Shown: positions 19,725 to 28,179 of the stretch, in pieces | Layout: every line of letters begins with the position of its first letter | Position numbering within the stretch: position 1 is the stretch's first letter | Source of the DNA: Candidatus Latescibacterota bacterium | GTDB taxonomy: Bacteria > Latescibacterota > UBA2968 > UBA8231 | Reading direction: 5' to 3' | NCBI GenBank assembly: GCA_965197905.1 | Contig: CBDAOB010000005.1 | Location: 1,920,001 to 1,984,000, forward strand | Length of the DNA: 64,000 nt | Translations under genes and position numbers: made by a program | The notes under the pieces: model-generated | The model's input: the letters and a program-made list of their open reading frames with translations, nothing else | Databases searched by the model: none | Told to the model about the DNA's origin: nothing

Positions 19725-20654
19725 TTAGGCTCCACCAAAACCTTCGACGCTGAAGTAGCGAAAGCCGGTATCACAGAGGAGGGTTACGATGCGGCTCAGA
19801 TCCGGGTTCTCGGCCCCATATCTCAGAGCCGCCGCAACGTTGGCACCGGCTGACGGTCCAACAAGGATCCCTTCTTCCCGCGCCAGGCGCCGCATGGTGG
19901 AAAACGCCTCCTCGTCTTCTACGGAGATGATCTCGTCCACCAGGTCGAAGTCCATGACCTCGGGAACGAACCCAGCACCAATACCTTGAATACCGTGCAA
20001 CCCAGGCTTTCCTCCCGCAAGCACCGGAGACCGCGACGGTTCGACGGCAACAATTCGCAGCTCGGGTATTCCGGCCTTCAGTACCTGACCGGCACCGGTG
20101 ATGGTTCCGCCAGTACCGACACCGACCACAAACGCGTCCAGCTTCCCTCCTGTTGCGGCGAGAATCTCTGGTCCGGTCGCATCGCGATGCGCCTGGGGAT
20201 TAGCGGGATTGCTGAACTGTTGAGGCATGTAGACCGACTCCGGAGTCGCGGCTTTGATTTCCTCGGCCCGCTTGATCGCGCCCTGCATATCATCGGCAGC
20301 GGGCGTGAGTTCGATTTCCGCACCGTAGCTTGCCATCACCGATCGGCGCTCGACACTCATGCTGGTGGGCATGGTGAGGATCAATCGATAGCCAAGAGCT
20401 GCAGCAGCCATGGCCAGCGCGATGCCCGTATTGCCGCTGGTCGGCTCGACGATCGTCATCCCCTTTCGCAGGTAGCCGGCAGACTCGGCTGCTCGGATCA
20501 TACTGAGGCCGATGCGATCTTTGACGCTGCCTGTGGGGTTGACCGCTTCGAGTTTGCCTAGAATCTCCGGTCCGTCTCCAGAGATTTTCTTCAGCTGGAT
20601 CAGCGGCGTGCCACCGATTGTATCGAGGATGGAGTTGGCCGTCGCTTCAGGCAT
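19725..20654 (-). CDS. cysK: cysteine synthase A
   Basis: NPTGSVKDRIG, EPTSGNTGI, GVGTGGT, HGIQGIGAGF. Confidence 0.95.
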   Translation of the reverse strand: MPEATANSILDTIGGTPLIQLKKISGDGPEILGKLEAVNPTGSVKDRIGLSMIRAAESAGYLRKGMTIVEPTSGNTGIALAMAAAALGYRLILTMPTSMSVERRSVMASYGAEIELTPAADDMQGAIKRAEEIKAATPESVYMPQQFSNPANPQAHRDATGPEILAATGGKLDAFVVGVGTGGTITGAGQVLKAGIPELRIVAVEPSRSPVLAGGKPGLHGIQGIGAGFVPEVMDFDLVDEIISVEDEEAFSTMRRLAREEGILVGPSAGANVAAALRYGAENPDLSRIVTLLCDTGFRYFSVEGFGGA

Positions 20655-20657
20655 ACC

Positions 20658-21824
20658 CTACTCAGCTGAGTCGCTCTCCCCATGGCTCTCTTCCTCCTCG
20701 TCTTCGGAAGAAACCGGCTTGGCGCTTGCGGTGCCGGGTAAGGCGCGGGTAAACTCGGAGGTACCCGTTGGAGGTTCGCCGGTATCCACCCGCAACCCAC
20801 CACCGGTGGTGTAGAGATCGCGATAGGTGGCCGGCAGAAGCAACACGCTCAACAGCGGCTCCACCTTCGCCAGGACGTCGTTCACATCTCCCATGAAGCT
20901 GCGCGGAACGTAGACGATATCTGAGTTTCTCAGCGCGACATTCTGCTTCAAGTCGGCATCGCGGGTGATGCGTTTGAAGCTGACCCCAAACATCTCGGGT
21001 CCCTCGGTGCCGGAGCGGATAATGCGTATGTCGTCCTGCAACGCGCTCTCCGTCAGACCTCCTGCCCGACTCAGGGCTTCCAGCAGGCTTACGTCGTCTG
21101 GAAACATGTAGACGCTGGGAGCTTCTACCTCTCCAAGCACCACGATCTTCTTGCTCAGCTGATTCGTGCCCGGCACTATGAGCACATCATCGCCCTGGAG
21201 CAGCAGGTTGTGGGACTGCTCGCCCGTAGCCAAGACGTGCTGGATATTGAGAGTAAATGATCTGTCGCCCCTGATCAGCTTCACCCTATCCAGCTGCGCC
21301 TCGGGAAGCGGACCACCCGCTTCCAAGATCAGCTCGAGAACCGTCGTTTTGCCTTGCAAGGCGTAACGCCCCTGGCCGCTTTTTATGGGGCGGTTTCCGC
21401 CCCCTGACTGGATGATCTGAATCGCTCCCAACAGGTTGACGATCTTGCTACGGTGCTCCTTTACCGCGAGGTCGATCTTGGGATCGCGCAGAAACCTTGA
21501 CAGCTCCGCCGTTAGTACCTCGTCCAGCTGGGTCGGGGTGAGTCCGGCCGCCTGCAGGTCCTCCACCAGCGCATAGGAGATGCGGCCGTCCGGGCGAACC
21601 TCCACTTCCTCGATCTTCGATTCCTCAGCGAGTAGCGTGATCTCAAGAACATCGCGTGGACCGATCAGATACTCCGGGAAGCCGCTTATTTCGGTAAACG
21701 ACCGCTTGGACGGAGACAGCGGGGGCTGCTCGATATCGGCATAACCTTCGCCTCGATGCTCCGGTGGAGGAACAAGCTTTATATCAGGCGGCCCTCCGCA
21801 CGAGGCCAGGAGGAATATGGCCAC
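20658..21824 (-). CDS. polysaccharide export lipoprotein (Wza/Poly_export plus SLBB repeats); the ancestral start is probably 21863, blocked by TGA at 21852-21854
   Basis: Lipobox LASC, EYLIGPRDVLEI, VRPDGRISY, SLBB repeats (VLGEV..P, SLLEALSRAGG). Confidence 0.88.
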   Translation of the reverse strand: MAIFLLASCGGPPDIKLVPPPEHRGEGYADIEQPPLSPSKRSFTEISGFPEYLIGPRDVLEITLLAEESKIEEVEVRPDGRISYALVEDLQAAGLTPTQLDEVLTAELSRFLRDPKIDLAVKEHRSKIVNLLGAIQIIQSGGGNRPIKSGQGRYALQGKTTVLELILEAGGPLPEAQLDRVKLIRGDRSFTLNIQHVLATGEQSHNLLLQGDDVLIVPGTNQLSKKIVVLGEVEAPSVYMFPDDVSLLEALSRAGGLTESALQDDIRIIRSGTEGPEMFGVSFKRITRDADLKQNVALRNSDIVYVPRSFMGDVNDVLAKVEPLLSVLLLPATYRDLYTTGGGLRVDTGEPPTGTSEFTRALPGTASAKPVSSEDEEEESHGESDSAE

Positions 21825-21859
21825 CGCCGCTGCGGCAAGCAGCTGACCTGCTCAACTGT

Positions 21860-22975
21860 TCATTTCGGAGCGGGCTTTCCTTTCCGCGGCAACAAGCTCA
21901 ATCCGTGATCGAAGCCGCGCTGCAACACCTGCAGAATGCGAAGCGGATAGACTGCCGGGTAGAAAGCCCTCGGCAAGAATGGAAAAACCTGCAGCATCAC
22001 TTCGGGCGCTGGAAAAAAGGTTTCTCCAAGGAACCGAAGCTTCTTGGGGATCCCCGAAACGTTGAACGACCACAGTAGGTCGCCCCAGTTTCGCAGGTTG
22101 CGATCGGCAAAGGCGCTACGCAGGATTCGAGACTCCAGAGACCCGATCTCCTGGCGATCGATAAACGTGCACACTTCCCTTGGCAGATGACCCCACGAGG
22201 AAGGATCCAGAAAACGAATGGCATAGGCCAGCGGACGCTGTAAACGGTATCGCGAAGCCTTGTTTTGTAACCGGTCCCAATCGAGACCGGTAGACAGCAG
22301 GAGCAGCAAATCCACAAACCATGTACACCGGCTGAAGCCGTGGCGAAGCGCGTGAACGGCCGTGAACAGCGTCTCATCCTCTGCACACATGCGGAGAACG
22401 CAATCCTCGTCCACTTGCCCGGCCACTGCGTCTTTCCACACTTCCCGCAGATCCATCCAGCCGGCATACTGCCTGGATCTGATCCTGGAGCTATTCGACA
22501 GGTCCCGATGTAAATCGATGGTCAATCGCTCGTTTGAGAAGAGATCCGCATACCGCGGCTGGGGTGACAGACCCACGTCCATGAGCGCTTCCACCACCCT
22601 CTCATGATCCTCCGGTCTCACCAAGATATCGATATCGTCCATCGGGCGGCAACCGAGGTCGGGATATGCTCCAAGCAGGGAAGCACCCGGCAACACCATC
22701 ACCTCCAGCTCGCGGTCTCGCAGAACGCCGACGAATTCCATGAATTCGTGTAGCTGTACGACATTGGATTCCGCCGTTGCCCGGTAGTCTTCCATGAGCT
22801 CCACCCTGATCTCCGCAGGCAGATCGGAGGCTACCGTCTTGTGGTACATCAGCCCGCGCAGATCCTCAGCTCGAGCGCATGCCGCCAGACCGTTCCAGTA
22901 CTCCGCGTCCGGTTGGGTGGGCAGGCCCTCCGTGCCAGCGGCCAGCGCAAACAAGGTATGCAGCTCCCTATTCAT
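21860..22975 (-). CDS. uncharacterised nucleotidyltransferase family protein (NTP_transf_5-like)
   Basis: LPGASL...Y....CRPMDDIDILV, IDLH, WFVDL. Confidence 0.8.
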   Translation of the reverse strand: MNRELHTLFALAAGTEGLPTQPDAEYWNGLAACARAEDLRGLMYHKTVASDLPAEIRVELMEDYRATAESNVVQLHEFMEFVGVLRDRELEVMVLPGASLLGAYPDLGCRPMDDIDILVRPEDHERVVEALMDVGLSPQPRYADLFSNERLTIDLHRDLSNSSRIRSRQYAGWMDLREVWKDAVAGQVDEDCVLRMCAEDETLFTAVHALRHGFSRCTWFVDLLLLLSTGLDWDRLQNKASRYRLQRPLAYAIRFLDPSSWGHLPREVCTFIDRQEIGSLESRILRSAFADRNLRNWGDLLWSFNVSGIPKKLRFLGETFFPAPEVMLQVFPFLPRAFYPAVYPLRILQVLQRGFDHGLSLLPRKGKPAPK

Positions 22976-23249
22976 CCTCGAAGAGACCTGCCTCCGAAAA
23001 ATCGCGCAGAATCGCTTTCACGTCGTCGCGAGCCAGTTTCGTTTTCACCTCAAACGTACTAGACATGTGCTCGACAATCTCCGAGAAATCCTTGCCCTTT
23101 TGACACTCCTCGAATACGAAAGCGGCGGTCGCGTTCAGGTGGTGAACCTGACGGCTCTTTCCATCGTACAGAATTCCGCCATCGGCGAGCTTCCTGTAAG
23201 ATAGGCGATCCTTTAGCCTGAACCTAGTACTATTGTTGAATCGTCCCAA
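22968..23249 (-). CDS. PqqD-family peptide chaperone (RiPP recognition element fold)
   Basis: 93 aa; ILYD....VHHLNATAAFVFE...IVEHM..F.V....ARDDV..IL..FSEAGL. Confidence 0.85.
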   Translation of the reverse strand: MGRFNNSTRFRLKDRLSYRKLADGGILYDGKSRQVHHLNATAAFVFEECQKGKDFSEIVEHMSSTFEVKTKLARDDVKAILRDFSEAGLFEDE

Positions 23250-23257
23250 CGCCGTCT

Positions 23258-25342
23258 CTATCGAGATTGATTTGGGTTACGTGCAAGTAGTTCCATCAGG
23301 TCCCCGGCGGTCGAAAGGGGAGCGGAGCAGGTCTGATTGCGACACACGAACGCCGCAACTACGGCGTCGTTTCCCACCCCTTTGTCCCGCAGAAGCGGAA
23401 TGGCTTCGCAGCTGCCGCCGGAACTGAGGGCGTCATCGGTCACGATGATCTTGTTGGGGATAAAACGCTGGTGAATCGCAGCCAACATCTCCTTCTTTCC
23501 GTCCGACTCTCCGACGATGGCGATTTCGGTAGCGGACTCCTGCAGCAGCTCTAAGGCGCCGATCATATGCGGACAGGCGGTCGGCGATTCTCTTAGCAGT
23601 TTTCCAAAGGCACCCAAGGTTTGCTCTGCTTTGTCGCGCAACGAACGGTCCCCTGTCAAAGCGGCGAGACGCAACAGACCAAACAACGCGGTAGAGTTTC
23701 CCGAAGGGACCGCGTTGTCAAACATGCTTTTTGTGCGCACGATCAGGTCAGCTTGACCCGCTTCGGAAAAATAGAAACCTCCATCGCGCTCATCCCAGAA
23801 CCGTTCAACCATGAGGCCAGTCCAACGGGCGGCGGCGTCAAGCCAGCGAAAATCGAAGTCTGACTCGAACAGGTCTAACAGACCAACTACGAAACAACTA
23901 TAGTCGTCCTGAAATCCCCGCACGCGCGCCAGGCCATCCTTGTAGACATGAAGCAGCCGATCTTCTTCCACCATGCGCTGGAGAATAAATTCTGCCGCCT
24001 TTCTCGCCGCATCGAGAAACTCGTCCCGTCCCGAGATTTGGTACGCCTTCGCCATGGAAGTAATCATCAAGCCGTTCCAGGATGTTATCACCTTCTTGTC
24101 CAGGAACGGAGCGGGTCGAAGTTGACGCCGTTCGAACAGAGCGGAACGCGACCGCTTGACGATCTCCAGCACATCTGTCTCGTCAAGCTGGAGGAAACGC
24201 GCCGCATTTTCGAATTCGTTCGGCACGTGTAGAATGCTGTTGCCGTCCTCAAAGTTCCCCTCGGGCGTTACATCAAAGCAGCGCATGAAGATGGAAGCGT
24301 CCGGCTCACCCAGCACCTCCTGCACCTGCGCGGGAGTCCAGACGAAGAATTTCCCTTCTACCCCTTCGCTGTCAGCATCCTGAGTCGAATAGAATCCTCC
24401 CTCGGGTTGTGTCATTTCCCGCAACACGTAGTCGAGAACCTCCTCGACCACGTGAAGATAGAATTGATTTCCAGTCGCCTGATAAGCTTCGCCATAGATC
24501 GAACTGAGCAACGCGTTGTCGTAAAGCATCTTCTCGAAATGCGGCACGAGCCAGCGATCGTCGACGCTGTAGCGGTGAAAACCGCCGCCCAGTTGATCGT
24601 AGACGCCCCCGCGGGCCATTCTGTTCAAGGTCAGATCGACCATCTCCAGGGCGGAAGCATTGCCCCTGGATCGGTGATATCGCAGGAGAAGAGAAAGGGC
24701 CATGCTGGAAGGAAATTTTGGTGCGCTGCCGAAACCTCCGTAGGTCCCATCGAACGCTGTCTCGTAGCTTTGAAGCGCGGCGTCGATGATTCCATCGTCG
24801 AGGGCTGACTTGCCCCCAACAAGATCACTTGCTGGATTGAGCGAGGTCGAGATCCGCGCCGCATTCTCCTCGACCACATCCCGTTGGCCCCGGTAGGCAT
24901 CGGCCAGGGACTCGAGAATTCGCGGAAACCCGGGTCGACCATGCCTGTCATCGGGGGGGAAGTAGGTTCCCCCGTAGAAAGGCCGGAGATCGGGTAGAAG
25001 AAACACCGTCATCGGCCAACCTCCCGAACCGGTGAGGAGTTGGACCGCGGTCATGTAGATTTCGTCCAGATCGGGACGCTCTTCCCGGTCCACCTTGATC
25101 GACACGTAGTGCCGGTTCATGATCTCTGCAATAGCTGCGTTCTCGAACGACTCCTGCTCCATCACGTGGCACCAATGACACGCCGCGTAGCCAATCGAGA
25201 GGAGAATGGGCCGATCCGTAGAACGCGCCTGCTCAAACGCTGCATCACCCCACGGATACCAATCGACCGGATTCGTGGCATGCTGACGCAGATATGGACT
25301 CGACTCGGACGCCAATCTGTTTTGGAAAGAATGTGTGGACAT
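23258..25342 (-). CDS. thioredoxin domain-containing protein (YyaL/SSP411/DUF255 family)
   Basis: NRLASESSPYLRQHATNPVDWYPW, CHWCHVM, KVDREERPD, PHFEKMLYD. Confidence 0.93.
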   Translation of the reverse strand: MSTHSFQNRLASESSPYLRQHATNPVDWYPWGDAAFEQARSTDRPILLSIGYAACHWCHVMEQESFENAAIAEIMNRHYVSIKVDREERPDLDEIYMTAVQLLTGSGGWPMTVFLLPDLRPFYGGTYFPPDDRHGRPGFPRILESLADAYRGQRDVVEENAARISTSLNPASDLVGGKSALDDGIIDAALQSYETAFDGTYGGFGSAPKFPSSMALSLLLRYHRSRGNASALEMVDLTLNRMARGGVYDQLGGGFHRYSVDDRWLVPHFEKMLYDNALLSSIYGEAYQATGNQFYLHVVEEVLDYVLREMTQPEGGFYSTQDADSEGVEGKFFVWTPAQVQEVLGEPDASIFMRCFDVTPEGNFEDGNSILHVPNEFENAARFLQLDETDVLEIVKRSRSALFERRQLRPAPFLDKKVITSWNGLMITSMAKAYQISGRDEFLDAARKAAEFILQRMVEEDRLLHVYKDGLARVRGFQDDYSCFVVGLLDLFESDFDFRWLDAAARWTGLMVERFWDERDGGFYFSEAGQADLIVRTKSMFDNAVPSGNSTALFGLLRLAALTGDRSLRDKAEQTLGAFGKLLRESPTACPHMIGALELLQESATEIAIVGESDGKKEMLAAIHQRFIPNKIIVTDDALSSGGSCEAIPLLRDKGVGNDAVVAAFVCRNQTCSAPLSTAGDLMELLARNPNQSR

Positions 25343-25402
25343 TGCCTGCCGATGTGGTTGATGCTCGAGTTTCACTAGCTCAATTTCGAGGCAAGTGCGG
25401 CG

Positions 25403-26932
25403 TCAGCGCAACCAGGCGCTGACGCCTTTGACAAGCTCGCTGAACCGGCGATCGCATTCCACCCCTTTCGCTGCATCGTCTTCCCGCTCACGGTGCAGCG
25501 GCAACACCCGGTCCCGGTACTCCTCTTCCACCTGACCTTGACAATCCTCCGATACCAGTGCCACCTGCAAAGCGCGAATCTCGCTGAAATTGATGTTCGG
25601 CGTTCCTACGCCGTTGATCACTGCCGCGATCTGTTGCAAACCAGGGTCCGTTTTGAAATAGAGCCACACGTAAAAGGGATTGACCCCCTCCAGCCGAACG
25701 ATGTCGACGAAACATCCCACGTTGGCGCGGGCGTCATCGCAGTAGACTGCCATGCGATTGCGGCCCAAGGTACCGACGCCGGATCTGGGAAGTAGCAGAT
25801 CCCGTTTCCTAACTCGGCTTCGCGGCGGATCGAATTCCGAATCCGGCAGGACGCACAGTGGATCGCTCAAGGATATGCCAGTTTCGGTTACGTTTCCCTG
25901 ATAGATCACTGGCACGCCACCGTCGTGGTGGCCGGGTTTTCGTCCGGTCACGATCGGTCCGTAGGTCAGATGAGTTATGAATTCCCCCAGGGGTAAAACC
26001 GGAAGCCTGCAATGATGCCGGTGTCTCCTCTTTTCGCGCCAGTACGCGGCGTCCCAGCGATCGCCGGCCAGCTCGCTCTCCGCGGATAGGTTCGCGTTCG
26101 AAATTCCCGCGACTGTCCTTCCACCGGCATGGACTCGCACCGCGCGGCTCGCCGCGTCCAGGTACTCGGCCAGCGACTCGTATCCCACTGCGTCGAAGAG
26201 CAGCGACGAAAGAGAATCCCGATCTGAATCGGTCTTGCTCAGAAACAATATCCCGGTCATCGCGTTGAGACCCGGCTTCCGGAAAGCCTCTTCCGGCAAA
26301 TCGATGACGGCACGTACCTGCGCTTGTGTCGTCACCCAATCCCGTACGGGCTGCAGGCGCTGATTGGTGAAGAATCCCTGGGGCAGAATCAGGGAGATGA
26401 TGCCGCCGGGTCTTGCCAGCTCTAGTGCCCGTTCCAGGAACAGGAGCTCCAACGGCATCTTCTCAGGTTTGCCGCCAACAAGCGTCTGCAACGGGGATGG
26501 GCGCTTCATATCGCCGGGGCTTATGGATCCACCGAGCCCACACGCCAGATGCGCCCCCAACCGGCCGAATGGCGGATTACCAATTACGACATCAAAGGAA
26601 CCGTTCCAGATCTTCTCCCCTTCATACTGCAGACCGTTGCCATGGTGAATCTGTGTGCCGGCACGGGACAAGGGCTGGTCGGTCCCCAACTCCAAGGTCA
26701 GCGCGCCGTCGAGCTCGACGCCATGCAGGTCAATCGGTTCGATCGTTCGCGAATGTATTACAGCCCGTAAGAAGGCGCCGTCCCCTGCGGCTGGATCAAT
26801 CACCCGAATCCCGCGTTCGCGGCAGGTGTATTCTCGCACCGACTCCCACATGAACTCAGCGATCCTCGGCGGTGTAAAATATTGTGCCATCGCCGCTACG
26901 TTCGGTCGCGAAATGTCCCCTTCAGTTCGCAC
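25403..26932 (-). CDS. amino (N6-adenine-type) DNA methyltransferase with C-terminal target-recognition-like domain
   Basis: QYFTPP, IDPAAGDGAFL (motif I), FDVVIGNPPF (motif IV); C-terminus resembles an HsdS half (LPLGEF, DLLLPRSG.GTLG, NPFYVWLYF, TPNINFSEI). Confidence 0.85.
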   Translation of the reverse strand: MRTEGDISRPNVAAMAQYFTPPRIAEFMWESVREYTCRERGIRVIDPAAGDGAFLRAVIHSRTIEPIDLHGVELDGALTLELGTDQPLSRAGTQIHHGNGLQYEGEKIWNGSFDVVIGNPPFGRLGAHLACGLGGSISPGDMKRPSPLQTLVGGKPEKMPLELLFLERALELARPGGIISLILPQGFFTNQRLQPVRDWVTTQAQVRAVIDLPEEAFRKPGLNAMTGILFLSKTDSDRDSLSSLLFDAVGYESLAEYLDAASRAVRVHAGGRTVAGISNANLSAESELAGDRWDAAYWREKRRHRHHCRLPVLPLGEFITHLTYGPIVTGRKPGHHDGGVPVIYQGNVTETGISLSDPLCVLPDSEFDPPRSRVRKRDLLLPRSGVGTLGRNRMAVYCDDARANVGCFVDIVRLEGVNPFYVWLYFKTDPGLQQIAAVINGVGTPNINFSEIRALQVALVSEDCQGQVEEEYRDRVLPLHREREDDAAKGVECDRRFSELVKGVSAWLR

Positions 26933-27005
26933 TATTGGCTCTCTATTCGGACCTGTTGCATCCGTCTGCCCGACCTGAAAGGCACAAAAGCGAGAGGTCC
27001 GGAAG

Positions 27006-27021
27006 TGGCATGAATACTGCT
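27006..27021 (+). promoter_or_regulatory. putative sigma54 (-24/-12) promoter upstream of ssb
   Basis: TGGCATG-AATA-CTGCT fits TGGCACG-N4-TTGCW with correct GG-N10-GC spacing. Confidence 0.55.
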
Positions 27022-27098
27022 TGAGTCGAGATGGCGCATGCAGCCGAGCTCGTTTTTGGTCGCTTCCCTCATAACTTTCAAACGCGGAGATTCAGAAG

Positions 27099-27506
27099 AT
27101 GTCCGAACTCAAAATGCCGACCATTAATCAGGTGGCGGTGAGTGGCCGCCTCGTACAAGACCCCGAGTTCCGTATCACGGAGCACGGGTCGGCGCGACTG
27201 AGCGCCCGCCTGGCCTGCAACAGGTCTTACCGCGACCGTGCCGGCCAGTGGCAGGAGGAAGCCTCTTTCTTCAATGTCGTCGTTTGGCAAAAACTGGCCG
27301 AGTATTATGCCGATCGATTGAAGAAAGGAAGTCCAATATTTGTCGTCGGCCGGCTTCGCAGCCACAGCTGGAGGGACGACGACGACACGCCGCACTCGAT
27401 TGTGGAGATTCAGGTTCGCAGTCTCCAACTCTTGGAAAAGAGCCAGAATACCGTCGATCCCGAAGAATCCTCGGAGACCGAAATGGAACTCGAACTGGCA
27501 AACTGA
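27099..27506 (+). CDS. ssb: single-stranded DNA-binding protein (lacks the DDDIPF-type tail)
   Basis: INQVAVSGRLVQDPEFR, FFNVVVW, LKKGSPIFVVGRLRSHSW. Confidence 0.92.
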   Translation: MSELKMPTINQVAVSGRLVQDPEFRITEHGSARLSARLACNRSYRDRAGQWQEEASFFNVVVWQKLAEYYADRLKKGSPIFVVGRLRSHSWRDDDDTPHSIVEIQVRSLQLLEKSQNTVDPEESSETEMELELAN

Positions 27507-27510
27507 CCTT

Positions 27511-27543
27511 GTTTGAGGGGCTGTCCAAGGCAGCCCTTCAAAC
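27511..27543 (+). terminator. hairpin after ssb, possible terminator
   Basis: GTTTGAGGGGCTG...CAGCCCTTCAAAC inverted repeat; no clear U-tract. Confidence 0.45.
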
Positions 27544-27568
27544 GTAGACCGGTGCCCGGGCACGCTGA

Positions 27569-27597
27569 TTGACGGAGTTCTTGGCAATCGCTATTTT
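27569..27597 (+). promoter_or_regulatory. putative sigma70 promoter for the small ORF and tRNA-Ala
   Basis: TTGACG-N17-TATTTT. Confidence 0.55.
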
Positions 27598-27633
27598 TGC
27601 TCACACACGATCGAGACAGCGTAAGAGGAACGG

Positions 27634-27861
27634 ATGGCGTGGGCGAAAAGCCGATTTTTCCTTGAGAAAGTCCAACTTTTCAGCATAATTCTGTACCTGG
27701 TCTGCCTGGGTGGATACACGATTTCGGCCGTCGGCGAGTTTTATGACAGCATTCGCGCCGATATATTCGGTTTCACCTTCTTCTCCTTGTTCATCGCTTC
27801 CACGATTCTGCTGAGTCTCGAGAAAGATGGAGCTTCGGAAGAAAACCAGGAGGGTGATTAG
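27634..27861 (+). CDS. small two-TM hypothetical membrane protein
   Basis: ATG with AGAGGA RBS, two hydrophobic stretches, acidic tail; stop overlaps the first tRNA base. Confidence 0.55.
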   Translation: MAWAKSRFFLEKVQLFSIILYLVCLGGYTISAVGEFYDSIRADIFGFTFFSLFIASTILLSLEKDGASEENQEGD

Positions 27862-27936
27862 GGGCAGTAGCTCAGCTGGGAGAGCGCGGGCTTTGCAAGC
27901 CTGAGGTCGGCGGTTCGAACCCGCTCTGCTCCACCA
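27861..27936 (+). tRNA. tRNA-Ala (TGC)
   Basis: 76-nt cloverleaf GGGGCAG...CTGCTCCACCA, anticodon TGC, G3:U70, GGTTCGAAC T-loop, encoded CCA. Confidence 0.98.
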
Positions 27937-27944
27937 TCCAGTCT

Positions 27945-27990
27945 AACCTCCAGATCTCGATTCCGCCACCGATCTGGAGGTTTTTTCTTT
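27945..27990 (+). terminator. intrinsic terminator after tRNA-Ala
   Basis: Perfect 12-bp stem AACCTCCAGATC/GATCTGGAGGTT followed by a T-run. Confidence 0.85.
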
Positions 27991-28179
27991 CTGCTTTGAG
28001 GTGATGATCAACTACTGCCAATACCCAACGCGACTTGCTCCTCCCAATCTGGAGTGTACGTTACTCTTGGTTCAATCGCCGATCATTCAGAGCGATCGTT
28101 TGCGCACGTGTGCCATACGACTCGGCAAGGTCACCAGCAAATTCCGACACTCTGCACTTATTCCTGGGAACGAGCGAAA

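Noticed and set aside
22968..23249. PQQ or lasso peptide biosynthetic cluster
   Set aside because: No pqqA/B/C/E, lasso cyclase, protease or precursor ORF in the window.
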